From Eledone cirrhosa (Eukaryota): a stretch of 64,000 nucleotides of DNA. Positions 25,605-39,637 of this stretch are shown here, piece after piece. Location: assembly GCA_964016885.1 (NCBI GenBank), contig OZ024741.1, positions 173,848,001-173,912,000 of the forward strand. The letters are read 5' to 3'. Position 1 is the stretch's first letter; every line of letters starts with the position of its first letter. A model generated the notes under the pieces. That model saw only the letters and a program-made list of their open reading frames with translations. It was not told the origin of the DNA and searched no databases. The translations under genes were made by a program, and so were the position numbers.

Positions 25605-27706
25605 AAAGTAATAGACAGGGATGGTATGTAATCGTCTGTTATTTTTTTGCATGAGCTTACTTTCACTTGTTCCATTCATTTGTTAACAATTTGAGATCAG
25701 CTCTCACCACATCAGTCAAGGTCTTCCTTAGTCTTCTCTTCCACAGCTTTCTTTCATGGATTATCTTAGCTCTTCTTGACCCAACGATCATCACGTATCT
25801 GCATCACATGTCCTTACCAGTGTAATCTTCTCTCTTGCACATCTGATTCAACTTATGCCCAGTTTTTCACTCAGTTCATTCTTGCTTCATCATTCATGCA
25901 TACTAACATTACACATTCTTAAAGAGCATGTTTGATTTGTTTCTCTGCAGTCTTCACACATTCTCTGCATTCACTGCTCATGTCTTACTACAATGTTGTA
26001 TCACACTTAAGAGACGTGCAACTAACAAGCGAATACCCTCTATCAGGCATCTACCATACTCTGAATGCCTTGCTTCCCTGGGCATGGATTCATTGAAGCT
26101 CCGACGTCTGGCAACTGACTTGGTAAACACCCACAAAATTATTAACCATCTCGCCAACAACAACCCTGAGCACCTTTTTGATTTCCATGTGTCTAACACA
26201 CGTGGGCATGCCTACAAAGTCAGGAAACGGCACAGCTCCCATGACTTTCGGAAACATTTTTTCACACTCAGAGTTGCTGAAGCATGGAACAAACTACCTG
26301 CATCAGTTGTTAGCTGTCGAGATACAGCATTTTTTAAATCCTCCATGCTTCCTGAAATTCACCAACACTATACCTGATATCCCGCCTCCACACACACACA
26401 TGTATACCATGACTCATACACTGTTCATTTTCCTGACATTTGTTCGGACGCCAAGTATAGAGTTATGGCCCTTGTCATTCTGAGTTCAAATACCGCCGAG
26501 GTTAACTTTGCCTTTCATCCTTACGGGGTCGTTTAAATAATGTACCAGTAATACACTGAAATAATTGCTGGCCTTGTGCCAAAAAGTAGAAACAATTATT
26601 CTATGTACTATACATGCATCTTTGATGAGTTGTAGTGCACCTGAGCACGTTGCACAATAATTTGTGCCTAAAGTAGAAACAATTATTATTATATATAATT
26701 AAAGTGTTAGATATTCAGAGAGAGGGGGGCGGGGGACGTCGCACAAAAGTCTTTGATTTTACAGAACAAAGAAAAAATTGTTACTATTTGAAATTAATCT
26801 AGGGTGTATATTAATTTAGCTTTTTGAGGATAGTGTCATGTTATTACTGACCTAATTCAGATAACAGAGTGTCGACCTATTCTCTAAGGCTGCTATTTGT
26901 ATTTATTTCTATTTTATTTTATAATGCTTTGTATTATTGTTTTTTTTTTCACGATATTTTCCAAGAAAATTAATTTCATAATGTCACCAAAACACCGCTC
27001 ATCTATCGGGAGGAGGTACAATGTCCGCCAAACGGTTGAAATCTTCAAACGAAAGAGAAACTCACGAACAATATAAAAAAAAAGACTTGGGAATAAAGGG
27101 ACAAGTAAACATTGTGACATACAGCAGAATATGGAACAGAAAGGTTAAGACATCAAGAAACGATCGCAACTTTCTGAAAGTCTACAGAACCTGATGTCTC
27201 AGATTAAGGCAAGAAGAAAGACTATCGCAACGAACAGGGGTTCAATACGAAAATCACCAAGAAGCAATGAGAGTTGTGAGGCAAACTCGACGAGCACAAA
27301 GGACTCTTCAGGGCAGAATAAACTGGCTAAGAGCTGTGTTTTCATATGACCCGTCGAAGAATTACAGAAGAATAATAGAAATGATCCTAAAGTCACAATT
27401 GGTAGCATGGATATTACATTTGTCATGTGTTGCTTAGCAGGAAAGGTCAGACTTCCACTGATAGAGGACCCTCCAGCTTATATCCATATATTGCTTACAG
27501 ACCATATTAACGAAGCTGAACACTTCAGAAGCAATGTTACGTGGAATATTGCTGCGTTTCAGATGACGTCCTTTGGAGCTGAAAAAGATCATACTGACTA
27601 TGGTTATTTCACATTTAAAATCCAAGGCCAATGCTATCATTTAATCGGCAGTTTACTCTCCCAGCCTAATAAGGAAGTTTTAAGATTGTTTTTTTTTATC
27701 TCTCTT

Positions 27707-27758
<52 letters not shown>

Positions 27759-27980
27759 CTGTCTCATCTCATACTGTAAACCAGACAACACATCCAATAC
27801 AGTCGTTTTCTCTTTTATCCGTCTTCTCTTAACTGTTCTCCCGGGCGATGCCAGGTACCTCAGCTAATTCTCTATATTTGTCTATATTGAAAAATTGCCC
27901 CTTTGTAGGGTCCTGTATTATTGGCAGATGTATACATTTAAATAAATGAACAAATCAGGATGGTGCTAAATTTACTCTTG

Positions 27981-29268
27981 AAAAGTTATATTTAGCTTTT
28001 GTTGACCTAGAGAAGGCCTTTGATAGGGTACCCCGATCTGTCATCTGGTGGTCCCTAAGGAAACTAGGTGTAGAGGAATGGCTTGTGAGGACAGTGCAAG
28101 CTATGTACATGGGTGCTGTGAGTAAAGTGAGAATAGGAATGGGGTTTAGTGAGGAATTCCAGATACAAGTAGGTGTACATCAAGGTTCTGTCCTCAGCCC
28201 ACTCTTGTTCATTATAGTCTCCCAAGAAGTAACAGAGGAGTTTAAAACTGGCTGTCCATGGGAACTTCTCTATGATGACGATCTGGTTCTTATAGCAGAA
28301 TCAGTAGAGGAGCTAGAGAATAAATTCTGGCTATGGAAACAGCAGTTGGAATCAAGTGGTCTGAGAGTGAACATAACTAAAACAAAGGTGTTGATGAGTA
28401 GAAAAGAGGACAAAACTCTGATTCCACCAGGGAAATGGCCATGTTTGATATGTAGGAAAGGAACTGGCATAAATTCCATAAAATGTACGTAATGCAGATC
28501 TTGGGTACACAAGAGATGTAGTGGGATAGCAGTCAAACTAACAGGTAGGGAAAACTACGTATGCAGTAGATATACAGGGAAAGTTGGCAGTAGTAATCGC
28601 AGTGATAGACTCATTTTTCCAATGCAGGTGGGTTCTATAGAAGTGGTTGATAGTTTCCGCTACCTAGGTGATCAGATTAGCATGGGAGGGGGGTGTTCCG
28701 AAGCCATAGTATCTAGAATAAGGACGGGTTGGAAGAAGTTTAGGGAGCTGCTTCCTCTGTTGATGAAGAAGGGTTTCTCCCTGCGTACGAAAGGACGGTT
28801 ATATGATGCCTGTGTGAGATGCGCGATGCTGTATGGTAGTGAGACATGGGCAGCAACTGCAGAAGATATGCGACGGCTGGAGAGAAATGAAGCTAGTATG
28901 CTCCGTTGGATGTGCAATGTCAATGTGCGTGAACGACAAAGCATAGACGAGTTGAGGAAGAAACTGGGTATAAGAGGGATAAGTTGTGGTGTGCAAGAGA
29001 GAAGGCTGAGATGGTATGAACATGTGATGCGCATGGAGAATGACCGATGAGTGAAGAAGTGCCAGGAAGCCCCAGTAGAGGGAAGGCGCAGTAGACCACG
29101 AAAACATGGGCGGAGGTGGTGTAGCAGACCTCAGATAGCTGAAACTCACCGAGGATATGACGAAGGACCGTGACAAGTGGACAGATGCTTTTCTGAATAG
29201 GACCCTTCCAACCCTTGCAAGCAGGGAAAAGCGGACGTATAATGATGATGATGAAATGATGATGATGA

Positions 29269-29270
<2 letters not shown>
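27981..29270 (+). mobile_element. RTE-clade LINE fragment retaining its native 3' end and (GAT)n tail
   Basis: Same RT motifs; runs past the junction point into ...DRDKW..., a 3' UTR and a (gat)n tail at ~29243-29270. Confidence 0.9.
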
Positions 29271-29334
<64 letters not shown>

Positions 29335-29919
29335 CTTGCTGTGTGGTGTGGTCACTGTTGTGTGATACAGTGTGACCAGAGGTTACATGTGTGCAGGTAA
29401 GTGAGTAAGTGTTCAATAAGATGATGATGATACGATAGTTTCTTGATCAGCCAGAAAATGAATACATATAAATTAACCACGATAACACCAAACCGCTATA
29501 TTATTAATGTATTGAAAATAGCTCACGCCGGATGTTACTTGTTCGTTTGTAAAAGTAGAATTAAATTGTCTATACCAAGAAAACTTCAGGAACTTCACTG
29601 GCTTGGTTAAGAGAGAGACCAAGAGATAGAGATTGAGTGAAAGAGAGAGAGTAAGAGAAAATAAGAGTCTGTAACACCCCAAGGGGTCTGTAGATGCAAA
29701 TGTTCACATGTTTACTCTATCAAAAATTACTCCGAATTGCCTGGTCTGATCCAAGGCAAGTTATTTATCTATGTCGCTTCCTCTGTCTTGAAGACTCGAG
29801 AACGAAGAGCTGGCCTTTCGAGGTCGTCCACTTTCAGACCTGTTAGCGCCCGAAAGGAGATAACCCAGAAAATGACGGTTAAATGTACCCAGGGGTCAAA
29901 GTGTGGACAGATTTCACTA

Positions 29920-29984
<65 letters not shown>

Positions 29985-30204
29985 GACCAAAGATTAATAT
30001 GGTTCATTGATTACTCAATGAATATAGTTTTACAATAGATTAAAAGCACTCTACAACAAAGTTTTCTGGAGTTATTACTATTCAGAATAATAATAAATGA
30101 AGATATTCACATAATCAAAATATATGTTTTATTATATATATTTCGAAATATATATAATAAAACATATATTTTGATTATGTGAATGTCATCATTTATTATT
30201 ATTC

Positions 30205-30238
<34 letters not shown>

Positions 30239-31004
30239 AATATAAATTATCGAGAATCGCTTTTCGGCACACGAAATAACGAAAAACAACCTCCGAGATG
30301 TGTGGCAAGTGCTCAATGATTCAGATGAACCAGATCTATAACAAACGTTAAAGGCCAAACACACTGAGACGATGGTTAAACAATCATTCGCATAGCCAAA
30401 AAAACGATCAAGTAATTCGGGTCAAACAAATAAAAAATATCTGTGATTGAAAATTTACCCGGACCCCTGGAAGGTTGGTAAAATCCACCATTTGGGTTTC
30501 TGCGGCTCCTAAATCAATTACTGTCCGCTTACATAAATAATGTTAGCCTTCTGGTAAGATGATTGAACAAGGAAGCCACTTTCTCAACAGGTTTTAGTTC
30601 AATGTTAATACAAGGACTGACTATTGCTGACCCCACGTGGGGATCGGCAAGGGAGGCAACCCCTATATCAGGCGAATGAATTCAGTTGTGTATATTATTG
30701 CAAGAATGCAAAAACATCACAAATCGAATAGAGTTCTCAACAGAGGGGTTAAAATTAACATAAGCTATTCATCAGTCAATAGAATCAATTAAAAAAATCA
30801 AGAAAATTAACTGGTCAATAGCTAGAGTCTGGAGATTAATACAAATATAAATTATCGAGAATCGCATTTCGGCCCACGAAATAACGAAAAACAATATATA
30901 TATATATATATAACGAAGGAAATGTGGTAAGGAACCAGGTGGACCATAACGCACCAAAGTACTCAATAGTTAGGGTAGTAGAGTGGGTAATAGGAACAAG
31001 TAAG

Positions 31005-31099
31005 ACCCCGACGGCTGAGCTCAAGCCGTTTCGACGGCTAATTCTGTACTGAATGAAAAATTTATTCTGGTATTTAAATAGCCGAACTTATCAAGGGGT
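31005..31099 (-). ncRNA. Type I hammerhead ribozyme, inverted copy (sense to the Penelope ORF)
   Basis: Reverse complement of 34121-34215. Confidence 0.75.
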
Positions 31100-31492
31100 A
31101 ATTCCATATATGGTCAAAGAGATAATCACCAGGATTGGTCACATCACAAGTTAGTAGTAAATCTGTGATGGCAAGTTGATGGGGGAAGGGGTAGCTAAAC
31201 CTGCCAGTAGGAGAAAAAGGGGAGAGGGGGTGGAGTAGACCCATTCATGCGTTGGTAGTGCCAGCTACAGCTGGGTGTGAGGTCACAGAGGATACTGGGG
31301 AGGGGGAGGGGAGGAGGTCGAAACGGTAAGTAGAACAATGAAAGGTAAAACTGTAAAAGGTACTGAGAGAGAAAAAAATATAAGCAAAATCTGGTTACTA
31401 AGACTTAAGTCTCTCGCTATTGCTAGGCTGAAGAAATACATAAATAAATAAATAAACAAATAAGTGAATAAAAGAATAGATAAATAAATTTA

Positions 31493-31544
<52 letters not shown>

Positions 31545-32307
31545 GTAGAATCAAAAAATAAATGATAATAATAGAAATAAACTAGGTGGGACGGAAATAA
31601 AGGGACCCTTATACGAGGTATAAGTGCGTGTATCGTACGGTGACGGGTCAACAAAAGGGGGGCCAGAATACTAAAGAGACTACCACGAAAATAATAAAGG
31701 TTTCTACCCCAAACACAGGGCCAGCAACCACCCAGTGCAAGAAAGTAAACTAGTACGAGAATATAATTCAGGGTCTCGCAAAAAAATACTAGTGCTAACT
31801 CTAAGGGTACCGCCACGAAACAAAAAGTCTTATACAAGCTACATGAAAGATCGTACGAAGTAAAAGTAAAGAACGGAAAATTAATACAGGAACACCCCCC
31901 TACCCCAAAAAAGGGAAAAAGAAGAAAGAAATACTGGATAAACGAGAAATTAAAGCAAAGATGCCACTAAGAAATATAGAAGGCACGGAAAAAGGGGACA
32001 GCGGTCGGAGAAGGGGGCGAGTATCCGAAGTCTAACACCTCTGCTATAAAAAGCGGAGTCAGCCACATCTATCATAGAATAGGGGAGGGGGTGGGGTGCT
32101 GAAGCTACAAGGGACCGATGGGCTACCTCGGGTGAGCGAGAAAACGACGACGACAAAGAAAGGGAACTGGGGTAGAAGGACTAGGGAGGGATGGGGGGAA
32201 GGAGGAAATATAGAGGAAGCGATAAAAGAATGTAAAAGAAGATCTTACGTCTCCATAGGCAAGCAGGGGTTACCCATTACAAAATAGGCAAGTGGGGTGT
32301 TATAGCC

Positions 32308-33531
32308 CTACTCTACCCCCCCCCCCCCCCCCGGGTCATTATGGGGTTTGAGGGCGAGGTAAGTCCTACGTAATCGGTGTTTACATGCAGTAACCAGTTC
32401 ATCTTTCTTGTTTAGGAGTTGGTCCGTCGAAAACAACATTTGTAATGTTTCCTCCGAGCGTAAATTGCACGCGCGGCGTCCTCCCGTGTAAGAGTTGGCT
32501 CTGGACAGTAATTTGCAAGTGAGATCATAGTTGATATTGTTGTCCTTGAGGTCCCATATGTGGCCCGAAAGTGTAGTGGCGTGACGCCGGGCCGGGTTTC
32601 GGAAGGTATGTCTGTGTTGGTATAGCCGGGTCTTGAAGTCGCATGCGGTTAATCCTATATAAGCTTTGTTGGAGGTGTCCGTGCTCACGTTGCACTGGTA
32701 GATCACATTACGGTCTCTGCATCTGTTGTCGAGGGGGCAACTGGATCTATCAGGACAGTTGCACCTCCTGGTCGGCTCTCCACTGCTATTTAGGTTGTTT
32801 CTTCCATCGGGGTTGAGTTTTTTGTTGTTGGAGGAGACGATGTTTTGTGCAGAGTTAGGTGTGGTGCTGTAGGAGAGTTTGATGGTATTTCTGTTAATTA
32901 TGTTGTGGTAGCGGTGTTGTGGTGGGAAGTGTTTTTCAATGAGCCTAAAGAAAATTTTCCCGATGGGAGTTGTCACCTCAGCGTTGTGGGGAGGATTGAA
33001 CCATGTTACATTGCGTGAGCGGCGGTGTCGCCTGCTGGTTCCGCTAATGGGAGCTGGACAGTAGGATATTTCCTCCCGGAAACCACTCCGCTTGAGGGCC
33101 TGGTTGTAGTAAGGCGCATGTTCATCGAATATCTTCTCATTAGCTGACAAACGGGATATACGGAGGGAGATGTTTTTGACCAGGTTGTTGGTGATGTTCC
33201 TGGGATGGTTAGATCGGCGGTGGATGTAGTGCAGGTTGTCATTGGGTTTCCTGTATGGGTAGTACAGGTCATTATTGAGATCGAGGGTAACGTCCAGGAA
33301 ATTAACTCGGGTCATGGACGTTTGTAGGGTTATTTTAAATCCCCAGTCGCGGAAGAAGCTGATTAATTGTTTACGGACCTGATCTGTACTACTGGGGTTG
33401 TACCCTTTAAGGGTAAGGAGCCCATCATCACGGTACAATCCACCACCGAAAGCAGGAAACATATCGGTGAGTTTGGCTATAAGGAATAATCCTATAAGAT
33501 CTGTGACCTCCGCCGAATCCGTAGCGCCCAT
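32308..33531 (-). pseudogene. Penelope-like RT C-terminal half plus GIY-YIG endonuclease (frameshifted upstream part extends to ~33728)
   Basis: MGATDSAE, LYRDDGL, FLDVTL, Cys-rich linker CNC....CPL...C, VIYQC...YIGLT...FKTR...H...E; FDIESYY in another frame near 33720. Confidence 0.9.
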
Positions 33532-34120
33532 GCTGACGTCGAAGGGTGAGTCAGGAGCTCTTTTTATCCATTTGGAGTTGTCAAAGAGTAAGACTGTCTT
33601 CCTGGCGTGGAGGATGATTTTTTTCTTTCCTGGTCGGTGATGGGCACAAGTGCTTCGGCGAAGTCCAAGGCGGCAGTAAGTAGCGGTAAGGTGATTGAAG
33701 CATAGTAGCTCTCTATGTCGAACTGGATAATTTATTTATCTATTCTTTTATTCACTTATTTGTTTATTTATTTATTTATGTATTTCTTCAGCCTAGCAAT
33801 AGCGAGAGACTTAAGTCTTAGTAACCAGATTTTGCTTATATTTTTTTCTCTCTCAGTACCTTTTACAGTTTTACCTTTCATTGTTCTACTTACCGTTTCG
33901 ACCTCCTCCCCCTCCCCCTCCCCAGTATCCTCTGTGACCTCACACCCAGCTGTAGCTGGCACTACCAACGCATGAATGGGTCTACTCCACCCCCTCTCCC
34001 CTTTTTCTCCTACTGGCAGGTTTAGCTACCCCTTCCCCCACCAACTTGCCATCACAGATTTACTACTAACTTGTGATGTGACCAATCCTGGTGATTATCT
34101 CTTTGACCATATATGGAATT

Positions 34121-34215
34121 ACCCCTTGATAAGTTCGGCTATTTAAATACCAGAATAAATTTTTCATTCAGTACAGAATTAGCCGTCGAAACGGCTTGAG
34201 CTCAGCCGTCGGGGT
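34121..34215 (+). ncRNA. Type I hammerhead ribozyme, U3-A8 core variant
   Basis: Stem I acccc/ggggt; core TTGATAA; stem II cggcta/tagccg; GAAA; stem III acggct/agccgt; GUC cleavage triplet ending at 34210. Confidence 0.75.
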
Positions 34216-34225
34216 CTTACTTGTT

Positions 34226-34287
<62 letters not shown>

Positions 34288-34855
34288 GATATCCACGGTA
34301 AGTTGTGGGGTCTAGTCTGCATGAAGAACTCAATGTAATCCATATGTTGAAAATGTTGTAGGTTAAAATAAATCCCGGAAAACAATAAAACATTAAAAGG
34401 AAAACAGAGTCATGATATAAGTTAAAACAATGAAATAAAAAATCAAGTCATTAGAAATATACTTCACTGCTTTACGATCGTTTCTATGTGATGATAATAC
34501 ATCGTAACTATACTGCGATATCGATCTATGTAAGGTTAGTTACAAAATATCAGATAAAGAGAATATTTACTTACATGCATATCACCAGCTGTTGTCAAAA
34601 GCAATCTTTGATGACGTAGAATAACAACAGCCAATGGCATGGCAAGAGTGGAAGATATTTTTTGAAGGTGTTTTTTTACGATAACACCCCAGTGAGAAAA
34701 TTTGCTCCGAACGAATTGCCTGTGTCCGAAGGAACCTGCAGCCGTAGAATCAGCCAGATCCATACAGTGATCATGTCTCGAGCTACCTGCCGGCGAAACA
34801 ATTGTAACACGCAATAAACTGAGTCCAGATGCATCACTGAATTTTCGTTTTTTTA

Positions 34856-34943
<88 letters not shown>

Positions 34944-35040
34944 GTTAAAATACTGGAGTGTGTTGGAGTTATACACCCTCTTCGTATTATAGAAATGACA
35001 GTAAAAGGTATAGCTCAATGTAGTTAAACAGAGCCGAAAA

Positions 35041-35243
35041 ATTAAGAGAGTAAAACAAAGAAGCCTTCAATACATCAAAAGTCTTTATTAGCCGACAATG
35101 TTTCGTCCTATTAAGGACTCATCAGGGCAATTAAAACAACAACTTCTTGTTGTTTTAATTGCCCTGATGAGTCCTTAATAGGACGAAACATTGTCGGCTA
35201 ATAAAGACTTTTGATGTATTGAAGGCTTCTTTGTTTTACTCTC

Positions 35244-35248
<5 letters not shown>
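35041..35248. repeat. Perfect palindrome, 102-bp arms with 4-nt spacer (cttc)
   Basis: 35041-35142 is the reverse complement of 35147-35248. Confidence 0.95.
35161..35198 (+). ncRNA. Minimal type I hammerhead ribozyme (mirror copy 35091-35128, minus strand)
   Basis: gcc CTGATGA gtcct-taat-aggac GAAA cattg TC ggc: canonical core with very short stems I and III, like Penelope-associated minimal hammerheads. Confidence 0.85.
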
Positions 35249-35330
<82 letters not shown>

Positions 35331-35724
35331 TTATTCATTATGGCTATTGGTTAGATTTGTTACTCTAAAGTTTCACCTGCACACTCATATGATCACCATT
35401 CTTGTCTGGTGAGTACGCAGGTGAGAATCCAGAGTAACAAGGCTTAACCATAAATGAATTTTTAAACACTTCGGTATTGAGTTTTCATTCTTACGTCCGT
35501 CAATAATTCACGTACTCGTCAGGTCTTGAACAATTGTCCCCAACTCCCGCTTATTAATTTGTCACATTCTTTCCACCCACCCCCAGGTTTTTATTCCACT
35601 CCCACCAGCTTATTAAATTTTGCTCATCTATCTCCGGCGAAATTTTATTGAAAGTAATTCATATTGATACAGCCGCTGCAGAATCAAATAATTTTATTTT
35701 ACATTAAGAAAAAAACATTATTAT

Positions 35725-35904
35725 TGGCAGTATCGGTAGAGGGTCGGACGCCATGCTTTGAAGCATAGAGTTACCTCCTTTTATGATCTGAGTTCAAATC
35801 CCGCCGAAGTTAACTTTGCCTTTCATCCTTACAGGGTCGATAAAATAAAGTACCAGTAATACGCTGGGATAATTGCTGGCCTTGTGCCAAAAGTAGAAAC
35901 AATT
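35725..35904 (+). mobile_element. tRNA-derived SINE
   Basis: A-box tggcagtatcgg, B-box gagttcaaatccc, conserved body and tail. Confidence 0.9.
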
Positions 35905-36339
35905 ATATATGACAAAAGAAGAACATTACAAGAAATCCCATATTTATGAACGTACACTATACAATTACTGATCTCCTCCACCCCATTTTTGCCACCACTC
36001 CTATTATTTAGGACCCGAGAGTGCCACAAAAATCTTCCCCTCTCTATGTCTATCACACAAAACTCTCTTTTAATCCCGCTCTCTGTATCTACTAAAACCA
36101 AACTCTACCCCTCTCTATATCTACCACGACACCACCTCTCTTATTACACCCTCTCACTCTCTATAAATATCTACACTTATCTCTCCCAATTCCCCTCTGT
36201 ATATCAATCACCCTTAAACTCTCAACCTCTTTTTAATCTACTACACGGCACTCGCCCATTATCCTTCTCTGTATATCTACAACCACCAAATTTTCCCCCT
36301 CTCTATATCTACTATACGGTACTCTCTTCCAATGTCCCT

Positions 36340-36892
36340 CATCATCATCATCATTGTTTAACGTCCATCTTCCACGCCAGCATGGGTTAGACGGCTTTGT
36401 TCCATTTGATGCGGGAATAGTCGGGAGACCATGTCTCGCGCGCACGGAAGCATCTCTGGCAGGTTTTTTTTTTACCAGCTGGATGCCCTTCCTAACACCA
36501 ACCACATTTACAGTGTCGACTGGGAGCCTTTTCACCGTGTCTCCTACACGGCCACCTTACAGTGTAGACTGTTGTGTCATCGACACAGTGGACGGAACGG
36601 GAGAGGGAGGATGTGGTAGGGTGTGGCAGTGGGGTGTACATCGAGTTAAGAGGTGCCTACTGACTGTAGGTTTGTATGCAATGGTAGTCGGGTTTTCTGT
36701 ACAACTGCATGCCGCCAAAGGTCTCGATCCAGTATAATTGTCTTAGAAAGGTGTAGGTGGGCAAGGTCAGTTTTTATCACCTCGTCCCAGGTTTTTCTTG
36801 GTCTACCCACACCGCAGCTTCCATCAATTTTCATTGCCCTGCACATTTTTATACAACTGTTGTCCTTCATACGCATCACATGTCCATACCAA
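36340..36892 (-). mobile_element. RTE-clade LINE 3' fragment with 3' UTR and (GAT)n tail
   Basis: WYGHVMRM...GRPRKTWDEVI..D...DRDLWR on the minus strand; (cat)n at ~36340-36353. Confidence 0.8.
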
Positions 36893-37549
36893 ACTATCCC
36901 CCTCTTTCTATCTACTACACGGAACTCTCTTCCAATCCCCCTCTCTATATCTAGTATACAACACACTCTCCCAACTTCCCTCTCCATATAAATTACCACC
37001 AAACTATCCCCCTCTATATATCTACCATACAACACTCTCTCTCATTTTCTCTCACCCTATCCATCACTACCAAACTCTCCCCCTCTCTATATATATCAAT
37101 AACTATCTCTATAATCCTCTCACTGTATTTATTACCACCAAACTCTCCCCCTCTCTATATCTACTACACGGTACTCTCTTCCATTCCCTCTCACTCTATC
37201 TATCACTACCAAACTCTCCCCCTCTCTATACCTACCATAGAACACTCTCTCCAAACCCCCCTCTCTATATAAATTATCATCAAACTATCCACCTCTATAT
37301 ACAACACTCTTGCATTCCCTCTCACTCTATCCATCACTACCAAACTCTTCTCCTCTCTATATCTATCAACCCCTATCTCTATCAATCCTCTCACTGTATT
37401 CATTACCACCAAACTCTCCACCTATCTACATTAACCATACACCACTCTCTCCCAATTTCCTCTCTATATCAGTTAACACCAAACTCCCTCCCTCTCTATA
37501 TCTACTACACGGAACTCTCTTCTAATCCCCTCTCTATATCAATTACCAC
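36893..37549. repeat. Degenerate C/T-rich minisatellite (aaactctcccctctctatat-type units); also ~35990-36335 and 43181-43440
   Basis: Recurring caccaaactctcccctctctatat motif at irregular ~30-40 bp spacing. Confidence 0.85.
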
Positions 37550-37745
37550 TTGATATAGACGTGATTTACTTCGCTCCGGATTTTTACGGATTATTGTAAA
37601 AAGAACTGTGAGTTTATTGCTCAATTTAATAACATTGTTTAGTTTAACACCTTGCCTGGGCCGTCAGACGTTGAGTCAACTAATTTTCGCCCCTTTCTGG
37701 GGCGAAATTTTCAATTTTCATCTCAAAACTGTAGACTTGGTGGCA

Positions 37746-39595
37746 ATGGATGCCATTTCCACCTCGCACACTGTCGTGAGTACCACGCCCACTAAGAAAA
37801 GTGGTGGAGGGAAGGTAGGAGTACAAAGCTTGCAGCCTTCCCCCCTCGCATCATCGAAAAACGTTAAAAATATCGAAACCACGAAACCAAACCCGGTAAA
37901 TAATACCAGCACCAACAACAAGAACAATGACAATAACACCACAACCAACAACAAGAACAATGACAATAACACCACAACCAACAACTGCAACAATAGCAAC
38001 ACCAAGGAAAACATGAACAATATTACCAACAGTGACAGCAACAAAAAAGACAACAACACCAAAACAACATTCGTACAGACTGTAAAAAAAAAACGAACTA
38101 TACACGCCAATAGACATATCAAATGCTAAACAACTATTGCAAGACGCAAAACAATTCGTGACTTTTGGCGAAAACGGTGCTTTTAGCATCAATTCTCCAC
38201 AGGAATTACGTAGAGTGGGTGTCCTGAAAACTGTGGTTTTCAGGACAATATCGAACGAAACAAGAAAACCATCTCGATTATCACAAAATGAAATTGAGCT
38301 GGTTCTAAAAGATGCAATGAAGGACTTAACCTTCATACAAAAAGGTAAACTGTTTGGTAGCATATCGGTGCTAATGAACAACCAGTCAACAGCTCAAAAG
38401 TACTCGGTATCACCCATTGTTTCCCCCCCCCCCCCCGCTTCACATTTTTCCCCACATACAGGGGAAAAGGGACACAAAGAATAAAAATAATGAGTATCAC
38501 ACCAAATGTAAATATTTGGTGGATACTATGTGGAATCATTAACTTTGACGAAGACAAGATAATTTCAATAGGAAAGTCCTCCGGAGGTGTATTTGGTGGG
38601 GCCACCGTAGAAGTTCTGGTGCAAATGAGCCCAGAACGAATAGCGAATATCCCACAACGCGTGCCTCTGGACGGGCTAACTTATATAAACATTTCAGTGG
38701 AGGGAAGGCGGCCGTCATGTTACCACTGCTTAAGCAGGCGTCACCTGAGGGCTGCCTGTCCTCAATTAACGAGTAAAAAAAAAAAGGCTCTTCTGCCAAC
38801 CCCGAACACAACAACACAACCACCACCACTACCACCACAACAACAACAACAACAACAACCACAACAACACGGAAAAATAACAACACAAAACACTGTTCCA
38901 CCCAACCCCTCCCCACCTAAAACAAATACAAAAGCAACCACAACAAAACCCCAAAATATACCCCTCCCCAACAACACGGAAAAGGACTCCGTATCAACGT
39001 CACCCAGTGACGACGAGGGAGAACCCTTTCAACAGGTGAAAATGAAAAAAAAAGGCACCACATTAACAAAAATGCCACAAACACACAACCACCAGCACAA
39101 ACAGAACAAACATCACAAATAAAAAAACCCACCCCTCCCCAAAACATAACACGTACTACAAAACGCAAACACGCACAAGAACAACAAACAAAAACAAACA
39201 CAACACAACAAAAACTCTATACATACATTAACAAGAACAATAAAACGTTGATGAAAGCGATAGAAAATAACCCTTCGGTGGAAACCGAAGGGATCACTTT
39301 CACCTACGCAGCGAACAAACCGCACCTAATGATGATTAGGGTCCCAACGGAAACCTATGTAACTTTGTAAAAGAACCATCCAATGCATGTGGGGACCAAC
39401 TGCACCAAACCACATAACAGCGTCCTATTGAGATGTTTCCCCACCCACACACCAGACACCCACACCCCACCAAACACCCTAATCCCACCACACACTGATG
39501 TCCTCAGCCCACCACAAACAACCACCCCACCAAACAACCCTTCCAACACCCCCATGGAAATTGTGCAGCCTGGTCCCCAGGAGACGAAGAGGTAA
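37746..39595 (+). pseudogene. Tx1/L1 ORF1 (gag-like, CCHC knuckle), frameshifted
   Basis: ATG at 37746; N/T-rich low complexity; EGRRPSCYHCLSRRHLRAAC; several frame breaks fall near homopolymer runs. Confidence 0.75.
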
Positions 39596-39637
39596 GTAAC
39601 TTCCTTTCCTCTTCCTTTTTAACTCTTCAGCACCAAC

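Larger units (their letters stand above)
30930..34230 (-). mobile_element. Penelope-like retroelement (Neptune-like), 5'-truncated, with inverted terminal repeat
   Basis: RT plus GIY-YIG ORF; ~500-bp inverted repeats at 30990-31490 and 33729-34230; hammerhead motif in the repeats; (TA)n on both sides. Confidence 0.9.

Noticed and set aside
30235-30895. ~55-bp direct repeat (30235-30290 and 30838-30895)
   Set aside because: Short and next to (TA)n tracts; most likely fragments of a common dispersed repeat, with no further structure.
34460-34560. Possible degenerate hammerhead on the minus strand (gaaacgatcgta)
   Set aside because: No matching CUGANGA core or stem I partner could be identified.
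36798-37553. 251-aa ORF rich in L/S/Y/P
   Set aside because: It is a translation of the C/T-rich minisatellite plus antisense RTE, with no domain signal.
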